A DNA stretch of 36,256 bases from contig JAUWLP010000003.1 in assembly GCA_030613575.1 (NCBI GenBank), positions 1 to 36,256 of the forward strand, read 5' to 3'. Position 1 is the stretch's first letter. Each line of letters begins with the position of its first letter. Under the pieces are notes generated by a model, which worked only from the letters and a program-made list of their open reading frames with translations, did no database searches and was not told the origin of the DNA. Origin of the DNA: Desulfobacteraceae bacterium. GTDB taxonomy: Bacteria; Desulfobacterota; Desulfobacteria; Desulfobacterales; UBA11574. Shown one piece after another: positions 1-8,607 of the stretch. Made by a program: the position numbers and the translations under genes.

Positions 1-316
1 AGTGACATCGAACGCCTTTTTGTTCCGACTCCAACATCAGGTGATTAATTTGCTTTGAAGCCTCAGCCATAATTTCTTTTGCGGTCCCATGCTCGCCGGC
101 TTCGGCAAAGGCCGCCGCCGCCATGGACCCCTCGATGAATATCCGGGCATGATCGGCCTTTTTTCGCATTTCTTTGAGGTATTTCCTGTAATTTTTCGGC
201 CGGATAATTTGAAAAACCTTTAATTCCGCCTTTATCCGCTTGCAAAGTTCTACCGCATAGCGAAATGTCTTTCTATCAGGTGTAATTCCGTCAATGGCCA
301 ATAATACTTTTTCCAT
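1..316 (-). CDS. Universal stress protein-like (partial, runs off window start)
   Basis: Not in ORF track; manually translated from ATG at 316 with an AGGGG RBS: MEKVLLAIDGITPDRKTFRYAVELCKRIKAELKVFQII...AAAFAEAGEHGTAKEIMAEASKQ. The N-terminal KVLLAIDG...YAVEL is the USP beta1-alpha1 signature. Confidence 0.8.
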   Translation of the reverse strand, partial: MEKVLLAIDGITPDRKTFRYAVELCKRIKAELKVFQIIRPKNYRKYLKEMRKKADHARIFIEGSMAAAAFAEAGEHGTAKEIMAEASKQINHLMLESEQKGVRCH

Positions 317-352
317 TTTAGTCCCCTTTTGCAGACCAAAAACCAATTTTTG

Positions 353-529
353 CTACATTCGCATATCCTGTCGAGTTTCTTCCCTGCGCTGGATACGAAC
401 ATCTGTGCGTTTCCGACTTCTTTTTTCCGGTTTGTCATGCATGATATCGAGAGCGGTGTCATGTTCTCCAGCTTCGGCGAAAGTTATTGCCGCCATCAGT
501 CTGTCGAAAGTTTCTTTAAATTTAAACAT
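353..529 (-). CDS. 58-aa small protein with AITFAEAGEHDTA motif
   Basis: Manually translated: MFKFKETFDRLMAAITFAEAGEHDTALDIMHDKPEKRSRKRTDVRIQRREETRQDMRM*. Strong GAGGAGG RBS; the motif is shared with the downstream USP. Confidence 0.75.
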   Translation of the reverse strand: MFKFKETFDRLMAAITFAEAGEHDTALDIMHDKPEKRSRKRTDVRIQRREETRQDMRM

Positions 530-588
530 GGTTGATTTCCTCCTCTGAAAAATGTGTTAAAAGTTTTTTTCCTTTTTGCTGATGTATA

Positions 589-605
589 AGCATCTTCCAT
601 GCCAA
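589..605 (-). promoter_or_regulatory. sigma54 (-24/-12) promoter
   Basis: Minus strand TTGGCATGGAAGATGCT has the canonical GG-N10-GC spacing, about 60 bp upstream of the 529 ATG. Confidence 0.7.
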
Positions 606-685
606 CAATATCAATACCGACATATCCTATTGATATTATTAGTTTTAATTGTGTATTCGGGGTGGGAAAGGATCAGACTTTAATC

Positions 686-787
686 GTTACAATTTGCAAT
701 GCTTTTTCAAGCTCATACATTTTATATAGTAAATACAAAATGTTATAATATATTGCGCAAAAGAATCACAATATTGCAGATTGTAAC
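686..787. promoter_or_regulatory. Inverted pair of 15-bp sites, candidate enhancer-binding-protein UAS
   Basis: GTTACAATTTGCAAT (686-700) and ATTGCAGATTGTAAC (773-787) are reverse complements with 1 mismatch, 80-180 bp upstream of the sigma54 site. Confidence 0.45.
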
Positions 788-882
788 GTTAACCCTGTTT
801 TTATATCTACCCCCAAGAAAAACCGTTGCGTGCCTAATCTTAATCTGTTTTATATTGAGAAAAATCTGAATGAGGACAAATC

Positions 883-2916
883 ATGCGCATATTTAAAAGA
901 GAAAAGGGCCAAACAGAAGAATTGTCATCGGAAATAGATGAATTAAAAGAAAATGTCATTAAATCTAACATGCCGGAACAGGTAGAAAAAGTGACATTTA
1001 AAGAAATAGAAAGGCTTTATAAAACCAGTCCTTCCAGTGCAGAATATACCATCGGTATAAATTATATCGATTATCTGGTCAGTCTTCCCTGGAATAAAAT
1101 GACCGACGACAATCTTGATATTAAACGGGCTGAATCAATCTTGAATGAAGAACATTATGGGCTGGCTCAGATTAAAGATCGGATTCTCGAACATCTTGCA
1201 GTCAGAATATTAAAGATGTCCCGCCGGCATAAGATATTGGTTGTGGATGATGAAAAAATTACCCGCCGGAATCTGGAGCATGTTTTTAAAAAAGACGGCT
1301 ATCATGTCAATACTGCTGCCAGCGGAGCTGAAGCCCTGAATTTTCTGGAACAAAGCGCCTTTGATGTTATTGTAACCGATCTTAAAATGGGAAAAGTCGA
1401 TGGTATGGCGGTCCTGGAAAAAGCAAAGGACATTAATCCGGCCACGGAAGTGATTATCATCACCGGATACGCCACGGTGTCAACAGCCATTGAGGCCATG
1501 AAAAAGGGATCATACCACTACCTGACAAAACCATTGAAGCTTGATGAGATCAGATCGACTATCCGGAAAGCGCTGTTCAAGAAAATGGTCCGGCTGGAGC
1601 CCAAAGGTCCTGTTCTCTGTTTTGCCGGACCACCCGGTACCGGGAAAACTTCTCTGGGGATGTCAATTGCCCGGAGTCTGGAACGAAAATTCGTACGTAT
1701 GTCTTTGGCCGGAATGAAAGATGAGTCTGAAATAAGGGGGCATCGTAAAAGCTATGTCGGTGCATTACCCGGCAGAATCATCCAGGAAATTCGTCGCGCT
1801 GAAACCAAGAACCCGGTTATTATGCTTGATGAAATCGACAAAGTCGGTCGTGACTTCAAAGGAGACCCTGCCGCTGCGTTGCTGGAAGTTCTCGATCCTG
1901 AACAGAATACTAATTTTGTTGATCATTATCTGGATGTTCCCTTTGATCTGTCACGTGTTATGTTTATCGCCACCGCAAACGCTCTTGATCTGATTCCCGG
2001 CCCGCTTCTGGACCGGCTGGAGGTTATTACCCTTTTGGGGTATACTGAAGAAGAAAAAGAAAAAATCGCCTCTAACTATTTAATACCCAAAGAAATAGAA
2101 GAGGCCGGCCTTTCGGATAATCCGCCTGTTTTTACTTCAGAGGCAATCCACAAAATCATCAGGGAATACACAAGAGAAGCAGGACTGAGGAATCTTAAAC
2201 GCCAGATATCGTCCATTTGCCGCAAAATTGTCCGGGAAATCTTAAGCGATAGAAATAAAAACGAGCCAAAAATGATAACTCCCGAAATGGTGGAGAGCCT
2301 GCTGGGTCCCAGAAAATTTTATTTTGAAGTCGCCGAAGCCAAAGAAAGAATAGGTGTGGCAACAGGGCTGGCATGGACCGAGGCGGGCGGGCAGATTATT
2401 TTCATCGAGGCTGCCAAGATGAAAGGAAAAGGGAATCTTATCTTAACCGGTTCTCTGGGTGATGTGATGAAAGAATCTGCTCAGGCGGCAATGAGCTATA
2501 TTCGAAGTAATGCCGGATTATTAAATATTTCTGACAATATGTTCGAAGAGCATGATATCCATATTCATGTACCGGCAGGCGCAATTCCCAAGGATGGTCC
2601 TTCAGCCGGCCTGACCATCGCGGTAGCTCTTATATCTTTGATAACAGACCGCCCCTGTAAAAGAGATACTGCACTGACAGGAGAATTGACATTAACCGGC
2701 AGAATTCTTCCTGTGGGGGGAGTAAAGGAAAAAGTTTTAGCGGCTCACAGGGCCGGGGTGAAGTCGGTTGTTTTTCCCGCTAAAAATGAAGCCGACATCA
2801 AAGATATTTCGGAAGATATTAAAAAGGATCTGGATATCATCAAAATAAATGAATTAGAGGAGATAGTTGATCTGGTTTTAAAGCAAGGAAATAGTTCTAA
2901 CAACAATGAAATATAA
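883..2916 (+). CDS. lon: Lon-type ATP-dependent protease with inserted response-regulator receiver domain, lacking the Lon N-domain
   Basis: Walker A GPPGTGKT, Walker B IMLDEIDK, catalytic PKDGPSAG and downstream Lys (GVKEKV). REC domain ILVVDDE...VTDLKM...IITG...LTKP at about aa 116-232. Confidence 0.92.
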   Translation: MRIFKREKGQTEELSSEIDELKENVIKSNMPEQVEKVTFKEIERLYKTSPSSAEYTIGINYIDYLVSLPWNKMTDDNLDIKRAESILNEEHYGLAQIKDRILEHLAVRILKMSRRHKILVVDDEKITRRNLEHVFKKDGYHVNTAASGAEALNFLEQSAFDVIVTDLKMGKVDGMAVLEKAKDINPATEVIIITGYATVSTAIEAMKKGSYHYLTKPLKLDEIRSTIRKALFKKMVRLEPKGPVLCFAGPPGTGKTSLGMSIARSLERKFVRMSLAGMKDESEIRGHRKSYVGALPGRIIQEIRRAETKNPVIMLDEIDKVGRDFKGDPAAALLEVLDPEQNTNFVDHYLDVPFDLSRVMFIATANALDLIPGPLLDRLEVITLLGYTEEEKEKIASNYLIPKEIEEAGLSDNPPVFTSEAIHKIIREYTREAGLRNLKRQISSICRKIVREILSDRNKNEPKMITPEMVESLLGPRKFYFEVAEAKERIGVATGLAWTEAGGQIIFIEAAKMKGKGNLILTGSLGDVMKESAQAAMSYIRSNAGLLNISDNMFEEHDIHIHVPAGAIPKDGPSAGLTIAVALISLITDRPCKRDTALTGELTLTGRILPVGGVKEKVLAAHRAGVKSVVFPAKNEADIKDISEDIKKDLDIIKINELEEIVDLVLKQGNSSNNNEI

Positions 2917-3853
2917 TCACCTTTTCGGACCGGTTCCTTCACGACGGTTGGGGATTTCCCTTGGCGTTGACCTGGTTCCATTGAAAACATGTACATTAAA
3001 TTGTATCTACTGTGAATGCGGTCGTACAACCAATTTGACTTTAGAGCGAAAAGAGTATGTGCCGTTTACCGCGGTTAAAGAGGAACTTACTTTCTATTTT
3101 GCCAATAATCCGAGACCGGACTATATTACCTTTTCCGGTTCAGGTGAACCGACCTTAAATTCAAGAATCGGTGATGTGCTACGTTTCATAGAAAATCAGA
3201 ACCCTGATATTTCTGTTGCGTTATTGACAAATGGGACCTTATTTTCAGAAAAGCAGGTTCGAGAAGATGTTAAGGATGTTTCGGTCGTCATTCCTTCGCT
3301 GGACGCTGCAACGGAAAAGATATTCAAAAAGATAAATCGCCCATCTCCTCATTTACAAGTTGATACAATCATTGACGGGTTAGTCCGGTTCCGCAAAGGA
3401 TATAGCGGGCTAATTTGGCTGGAAATATTTATAGTCCCCGGCATGAATGATACCGAGCATGAATTGACAGCTTTAAAACAGGCCATTGAAAAAATTGAAC
3501 CGGACCGGGTCCAGCTTAATACGCTCGACAGACCCGGACCGGTTTCCACTCTTCGCGCGGCCACCCGGCAGGAACTTGAACGAGTACTCGATTTCTGGCA
3601 GCTTGAAAATGTTTCCATAATCGCTGATGTGTCTGAAAGAAAAGATCTTCTTGCCTATCGCACAGACACCGAATCTACTATTTTGGGAACCATTGCCAGA
3701 CGCCCGTGCACGTTAAAAGATCTGTCTGAAATTTTAGGATTGCAGATTAATGAAGTGAACAAATATCTGGATGTCCTGGAAGTAGACGGAAAAATAAAAG
3801 TTGTAAAGCAGAAGAGGGGATTTTTTTATCAGTTAAAGAAGACGGCTCTGTAA
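2906..3853 (+). CDS. Radical SAM Fe-S protein (COG0731-like) with C-terminal HTH-like region
   Basis: FGPVPSRRLGISLG N-terminus, CTLNCIYC motif, TFSGSGEPTL; overlaps the lon stop. Confidence 0.85.
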   Translation: MKYNHLFGPVPSRRLGISLGVDLVPLKTCTLNCIYCECGRTTNLTLERKEYVPFTAVKEELTFYFANNPRPDYITFSGSGEPTLNSRIGDVLRFIENQNPDISVALLTNGTLFSEKQVREDVKDVSVVIPSLDAATEKIFKKINRPSPHLQVDTIIDGLVRFRKGYSGLIWLEIFIVPGMNDTEHELTALKQAIEKIEPDRVQLNTLDRPGPVSTLRAATRQELERVLDFWQLENVSIIADVSERKDLLAYRTDTESTILGTIARRPCTLKDLSEILGLQINEVNKYLDVLEVDGKIKVVKQKRGFFYQLKKTAL

Positions 3854-4627
3854 CAAGGCTGTTTTTTTGAGATATTGAAAAACCAAAGGCCCTTCGGAAG
3901 AAGCCTGTTCCTTTCCTGATGCAACCTTTTGAATAAAATCGATTTTTTCTCTGTCAAAACTTCCTGTCTGCGTTTCGATCAATTTCAAAGAGTTGTGAAT
4001 GATGCTGTAAAGGACCATGGGGCCATACAGAACCTCCCCGCTTTCTTTTTGGGCTAACGCACCGACAATTTTATGGTGACCAATCCTGAAGGCTTTTGGC
4101 GGCACAGTGTAACCCAGAATTTCGGCAAAAAGATCCATAGATTCAATAACCCCGTCTGCATATTCTCTTTCCAGGGATGCCGTGCCGTTCTGTGCTATTT
4201 CATCGAGGTCGGATTCATCGTAGGAGAGATCCAAACGGTCGATACATTCTTTTTGAATTGTTTTTACAGATTCCTCTTTTTTACTGATGACTACATCGGT
4301 ATCCTTTAATATCTTGATAACATTAAACGGGTTCATCATTTCCTTTACCGTGGGGCTTTTACGCATGGCCACGTCATAAACGGAAGTATTGTAAATAGCC
4401 AGATCATTGTCCAGAACCAGAATCCTGGTTTTTTCGGCATCAACATCCTCGATAAAAAGATCGAGATCACGCTTTCTTTTATATGTATAGGAAGTCATTT
4501 CAAGAAGACTGCGCATGATTTTCTTGTCAACCTTGAGGCCACTCTCCACAGGACCGATTGAAGCGACAACCTGCTTTGCCATTGCATTGATTTTTATCTT
4601 CTGTAAAAGATTTTCTTTAAAAGGCAT
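3833..4627 (-). CDS. Hypothetical protein (264 aa)
   Basis: Long ORF with AAGGAGG RBS; no motif recognised. Confidence 0.7.
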   Translation of the reverse strand: MPFKENLLQKIKINAMAKQVVASIGPVESGLKVDKKIMRSLLEMTSYTYKRKRDLDLFIEDVDAEKTRILVLDNDLAIYNTSVYDVAMRKSPTVKEMMNPFNVIKILKDTDVVISKKEESVKTIQKECIDRLDLSYDESDLDEIAQNGTASLEREYADGVIESMDLFAEILGYTVPPKAFRIGHHKIVGALAQKESGEVLYGPMVLYSIIHNSLKLIETQTGSFDREKIDFIQKVASGKEQASSEGPLVFQYLKKTALLQSRLL

Positions 4628-4756
4628 GGCGCCTCCTTATTATTTTAGGAACTCCTTACGTTAGGGAGGGAAGCTTCATTAACCCAGGATTTTACTAATA
4701 TTTACCACAGCCCCGCATCCAAGTAAACTATACTTTCAATTATTTAATCTCGTTAC

Positions 4757-4785
4757 TTGACCCTAAAACAATATTCAGATATATA
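4757..4785 (+). promoter_or_regulatory. Putative sigma70 promoter of gltA
   Basis: TTGACC-17 bp-TATATA upstream of the 4822 ATG. Confidence 0.45.
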
Positions 4786-4821
4786 TAAATTTTTTAACCG
4801 ACCCATACATAAGGATGAATC

Positions 4822-6111
4822 ATGACTGAATATGCCAAGATTGAATTTGAAGGAAAAATATATGAATTCCCGATTATAGTCGGCTCTGAAGGGGAAAAGG
4901 CCATCGATATATCAAATCTTCGCCAGATGACGGGTTTGATTACACTCGATCCGGGATACGCCAATACCGGTAGTTGCATCAGTTCCATCACCTTCATGGA
5001 CGGTGAAAAGGGAATTTTGCGTTATCGTGGTATTCCGATTGAAGAGCTGGCCGAGCATTCGAGTTTTATTGAGACAACCTATCTATTAATCAACGGGAGG
5101 CTTCCTACAAGAGACGAACTCAACCAAACTTCGATTCTTTTCAATGACCATTCTCTGGTGCATGAGGATATGCAGATTTTTTATCAGAACTTTCCCAGGG
5201 CATCCCACCCCATGGGAATCCTTTCAGCCATGGTAAACGCTTTAAGAAGCTTTTACCCCGAACTCCAGACCATCGAAGAGGAAATAAACATTACGGTTAC
5301 CCGTCTGCTTTCCAAAGTAAGAACCATGGCAGCCATGTCTTATAAAATATCCAGAGGTCATAAGGTGGTTTACCCCCGGCCGGATCTCTCGTACTGCGCC
5401 AATTTTCTGAACATGATGTTTGACACGCCGGTCAAGCATTATGACATCGATGAAGACCTGGTCAAAGCATTAAATACTTTCTGGATTCTTCATGCGGACC
5501 ATGAACAGAACTGTTCTACTTCGGCGGTTCGGCTTGTGGGAAGTGGAAGGGTAAACCTTTATGCCGCGATTTCCGCCGGCATTGCAGCCCTCTGGGGCCC
5601 CTTGCATGGTGGCGCCAACCAGGCCGTTATCGAAATGCTTTCCGACATTCAAGAAGACGGCGGCAATTATCATCGGGCGATTGAAAGAGCTAAAGATAAA
5701 AAAGACCCTTTTCGGCTCATGGGTTTTGGGCACAGAGTCTACAAGTCGTATGACCCCCGTGCCAAAATCATGAAAAAGATGTGCCATAAGGTTCTTAAAA
5801 AACTCCACATTACCGATCCGTTACTCAATATGGCAAAGGAACTCGAAGCGGCGGCCTTAAAAGACGATTATTTCATCGAATATAATCTGTATCCCAACGT
5901 CGACTTTTACAGCGGCATAATACTGCGTGCCATGGGCATTCCCACCAACATGTTTACGGTCATGTTTGCCATCGGCAGGCTTCCCGGATGGATTGCCCAG
6001 TGGAAAGAGGGCGCCGACGATCCCAAATGGAAACTGGGTCGACCCCGCCAGATTTATACGGGCCCTAAAAAGACACAATATATACCTATTGATAAGCGAT
6101 GCACGCAGTAG
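4822..6111 (+). CDS. gltA: Citrate synthase (type II-like)
   Basis: HADHEQNCST, GPLHGGANQ, LMGFGHRVYKSYDPRA and YPNVDFYSG motifs. Confidence 0.97.
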   Translation: MTEYAKIEFEGKIYEFPIIVGSEGEKAIDISNLRQMTGLITLDPGYANTGSCISSITFMDGEKGILRYRGIPIEELAEHSSFIETTYLLINGRLPTRDELNQTSILFNDHSLVHEDMQIFYQNFPRASHPMGILSAMVNALRSFYPELQTIEEEINITVTRLLSKVRTMAAMSYKISRGHKVVYPRPDLSYCANFLNMMFDTPVKHYDIDEDLVKALNTFWILHADHEQNCSTSAVRLVGSGRVNLYAAISAGIAALWGPLHGGANQAVIEMLSDIQEDGGNYHRAIERAKDKKDPFRLMGFGHRVYKSYDPRAKIMKKMCHKVLKKLHITDPLLNMAKELEAAALKDDYFIEYNLYPNVDFYSGIILRAMGIPTNMFTVMFAIGRLPGWIAQWKEGADDPKWKLGRPRQIYTGPKKTQYIPIDKRCTQ

Positions 6112-7220
6112 ATACGGAGCTTAGATGTTTACTGCAACAACTCACCCTGGGTTCAGCGGTAAAGCCGGTAAATTTGCTTGAGGAAAGAGAAGCCTTCCTA
6201 TATCCTCGTCTGACACGCAGAGTAAAATCTCCTGTATTTAGGTATAATAACTCTCCCTCACAATGGGCTGATTTTGAGCCGGTTTTGTCTCTTGATTCCG
6301 TGGATGCTCCTGAAGAGGTAGTTGAAATCTACCGGGAAAAGCAGCGGGAACTGGATATAACGAGGAATATGTTCGCTGCGGTCGGCAGTGACGGATTTAC
6401 ACAATTTGCCATTGAAATCTTCGGCGCCCCAACCGCTGAAGACGCTCGGCAATCTCGCAAGATTCTTGGGAAATTGTCGGATGTTACACCTCCGGAACAA
6501 AACTGTTCGGCAAAGGAGTTTGCAAAGCTGCTCGAGACCCGCTTACGGGAACTCGGCATTTCCATGGATATTAGGCCGATATCTTCCATGGCGACAAAGG
6601 TGTGGGTAGACAGCGTTTCCCGCGCAATCTATCTTAATAAGAATTCCCTTTTTGCACACCAGGAAGTAAGACGCCTTTTAGTGCATGAGATAGATGTACA
6701 CGCCACTCGTATTCACAATGGTTCTTGCCTGCCGTGGGGCATTTTCTCCATGGGTACGGCAGGATACAGGGAAGCCGAAGAGGGGTTGGCAGTCCACTTT
6801 GAACGCCAATCAGGACACCTTTATCCCTTCCAGGAGAAAATTTACGCGGGGAGATGCCTGGCGGTATACCTCTCGCTTTCATCCGGCTTTGTGGAAGTTT
6901 TCGAGGAGCTGCTGATCTATTTCGATGAAAAGACGGCTTACACTATTGTGGAGCGAATTAAACGGGGATTGACAGACACATCCCGTCCGGGTGCGCTTAC
7001 AAAAGAATTCCACTACTTCACCGGTCCCGCAAAGGTTCGGTCGTATCTTCACGAAGGGGGTAATCTTCTAGTGCTTTTGGCCGGAAAAATAGCTTTTAAA
7101 CACGCACGAATCATAGCAAAACTGGTGCAAGAAGGACTTGTAAATACCTCAAAATGGGTCTTCCCGTTGGAGATGAACGATGATAGAAAATCTGCACCAG
7201 CTGAAGGATACTCTGAGTAA
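6099..7220 (+). CDS. DUF1704 / MATCAP-like (QEGLA-motif) zinc carboxypeptidase
   Basis: HEIDVH (HExxxH) at aa 196, downstream EEGLA ligand motif, and RIKRGLTDT...TKE.HY C-terminal signature. Confidence 0.82.
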   Translation: MHAVDTELRCLLQQLTLGSAVKPVNLLEEREAFLYPRLTRRVKSPVFRYNNSPSQWADFEPVLSLDSVDAPEEVVEIYREKQRELDITRNMFAAVGSDGFTQFAIEIFGAPTAEDARQSRKILGKLSDVTPPEQNCSAKEFAKLLETRLRELGISMDIRPISSMATKVWVDSVSRAIYLNKNSLFAHQEVRRLLVHEIDVHATRIHNGSCLPWGIFSMGTAGYREAEEGLAVHFERQSGHLYPFQEKIYAGRCLAVYLSLSSGFVEVFEELLIYFDEKTAYTIVERIKRGLTDTSRPGALTKEFHYFTGPAKVRSYLHEGGNLLVLLAGKIAFKHARIIAKLVQEGLVNTSKWVFPLEMNDDRKSAPAEGYSE

Positions 7221-8607
7221 GTGCCGGGGAACCTGGGCCTGGGTGGGGCAGAGGGGAGTCGATGCATATGCAATGGAAGACTTTGTTCCCACAGATGTAG
7301 TGTTCTGTTGCGACTTTGGTGAGGAGTATTCCAAACTTTGTACGATGGAGTCCCTATTTTCTGTTGAAAAAGATCTCGGGAGGCGGGAAAATTGGGGGAA
7401 TCGGGATCTTGAAAAGTTGTGGGAAGGGTCAATCCGGAAACGGATTGAAACGTACATCGACAAATTAAAAGCTCCCATCAACACAGTCTGTTATCGTTCT
7501 CTTGCGGTTCTGGAGAAAGACAGACGCTTTCGCCTTTTAGCACCTTCCCTGGCACTTAAGAACATGTTTGACGATAAGTTGTGGCAACTGGAACTGTTCT
7601 CCGGATTGAAGGTAAAGACACCAAAAACTTTTGTGCGCTGTCTGGGTGAAATTACTTTTATTGAAGCAAGCGATATTATAGACGGCCCGTTTGTCGTGCA
7701 GCCTCCAGTGGGCTCTTCCGGGGAAAACACCTATATTGTCAGCAATGAGTCCGACTTTGACAAGGCAAAGGAGGTTCTTGGCCCCGCTCAACGGGTGAAA
7801 CTGTCCAAATACATGCCGGTGCCTTCGTTAAACGGACATTGCGTGGTGCTGCGTACCCGGGAAGGATTGAGTGCAATCGCTGTCTGCCCTTCAGTTCAGA
7901 TTGTAGGCACCCGCGGATGCACAAACCGGGCTGAAATTTACTGTGGAAATGATTTTTCAGCTGCCCATAAGGTTCACAAATCCGTGATAGAAGAAACCTG
8001 CACAATCATGGAGAAGATGGGCCTTTTCATGGGCAGTAAAGGCTTTCTCGGGATTTTCGGCATGGATTTCCTTTTAAACGGTTATGAGGTGCTGGCGCTG
8101 GAAATAAACCCGAGGTTTCAGGGGTCAACAATGCCTCTGTCTCTGCTGCAAGTAGACAGGGGAGAAGTGCCCTTGACCGCCCTGCACGTGATGCAGTTTA
8201 TGGGCCTCATAGAAGAGTTCTCCCAAAAGTTCCTCCTGCAGTTGGGAAGGATGTACCGGGATCCTTATTCAGGCGCCCACTTGATCGTCCATAATCTGGA
8301 AAGCAAATCTTGCCGTATGGAACACGATCTGAAAGCAGGCATATACACTCTGTTGGATGACACCCTCGAGTGGGTTCGAAGTGGAGCGACCTATCGTGAC
8401 GTGGAAAGTTCCAATGAGTGGTGTATCCTGGGCAATCTTCCATTCCAGACTATAGAAATCTGTGAAGATGCCCGCATTGCCATGATACAAACCAGTGAAA
8501 GTGTTCTTGACGACAATTTACAACAACTCGAGCCCTATGCTGCGGCTTTTGTGAAGACACTTCAAAGTCGCTTCAGTGTGATTCCCTTTCATGGAGGTAG
8601 TGAATGA
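7180..8607 (+). CDS. ATP-grasp ligase (divergent family)
   Basis: FDDK, PFVVQPPVGSSGENT loop, YCGNDF, GIFGMDF and LEINPRFQGST (ExNxR). Confidence 0.85.
   Translation: MIENLHQLKDTLSKCRGTWAWVGQRGVDAYAMEDFVPTDVVFCCDFGEEYSKLCTMESLFSVEKDLGRRENWGNRDLEKLWEGSIRKRIETYIDKLKAPINTVCYRSLAVLEKDRRFRLLAPSLALKNMFDDKLWQLELFSGLKVKTPKTFVRCLGEITFIEASDIIDGPFVVQPPVGSSGENTYIVSNESDFDKAKEVLGPAQRVKLSKYMPVPSLNGHCVVLRTREGLSAIAVCPSVQIVGTRGCTNRAEIYCGNDFSAAHKVHKSVIEETCTIMEKMGLFMGSKGFLGIFGMDFLLNGYEVLALEINPRFQGSTMPLSLLQVDRGEVPLTALHVMQFMGLIEEFSQKFLLQLGRMYRDPYSGAHLIVHNLESKSCRMEHDLKAGIYTLLDDTLEWVRSGATYRDVESSNEWCILGNLPFQTIEICEDARIAMIQTSESVLDDNLQQLEPYAAAFVKTLQSRFSVIPFHGGSE

Noticed and set aside
63-548. Track ORFs 63-245, 250-462, 294-548 and 329-535
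   Set aside because: They are shadows of the two real minus-strand genes (1-316 and 353-529), which have RBSs and a shared motif.
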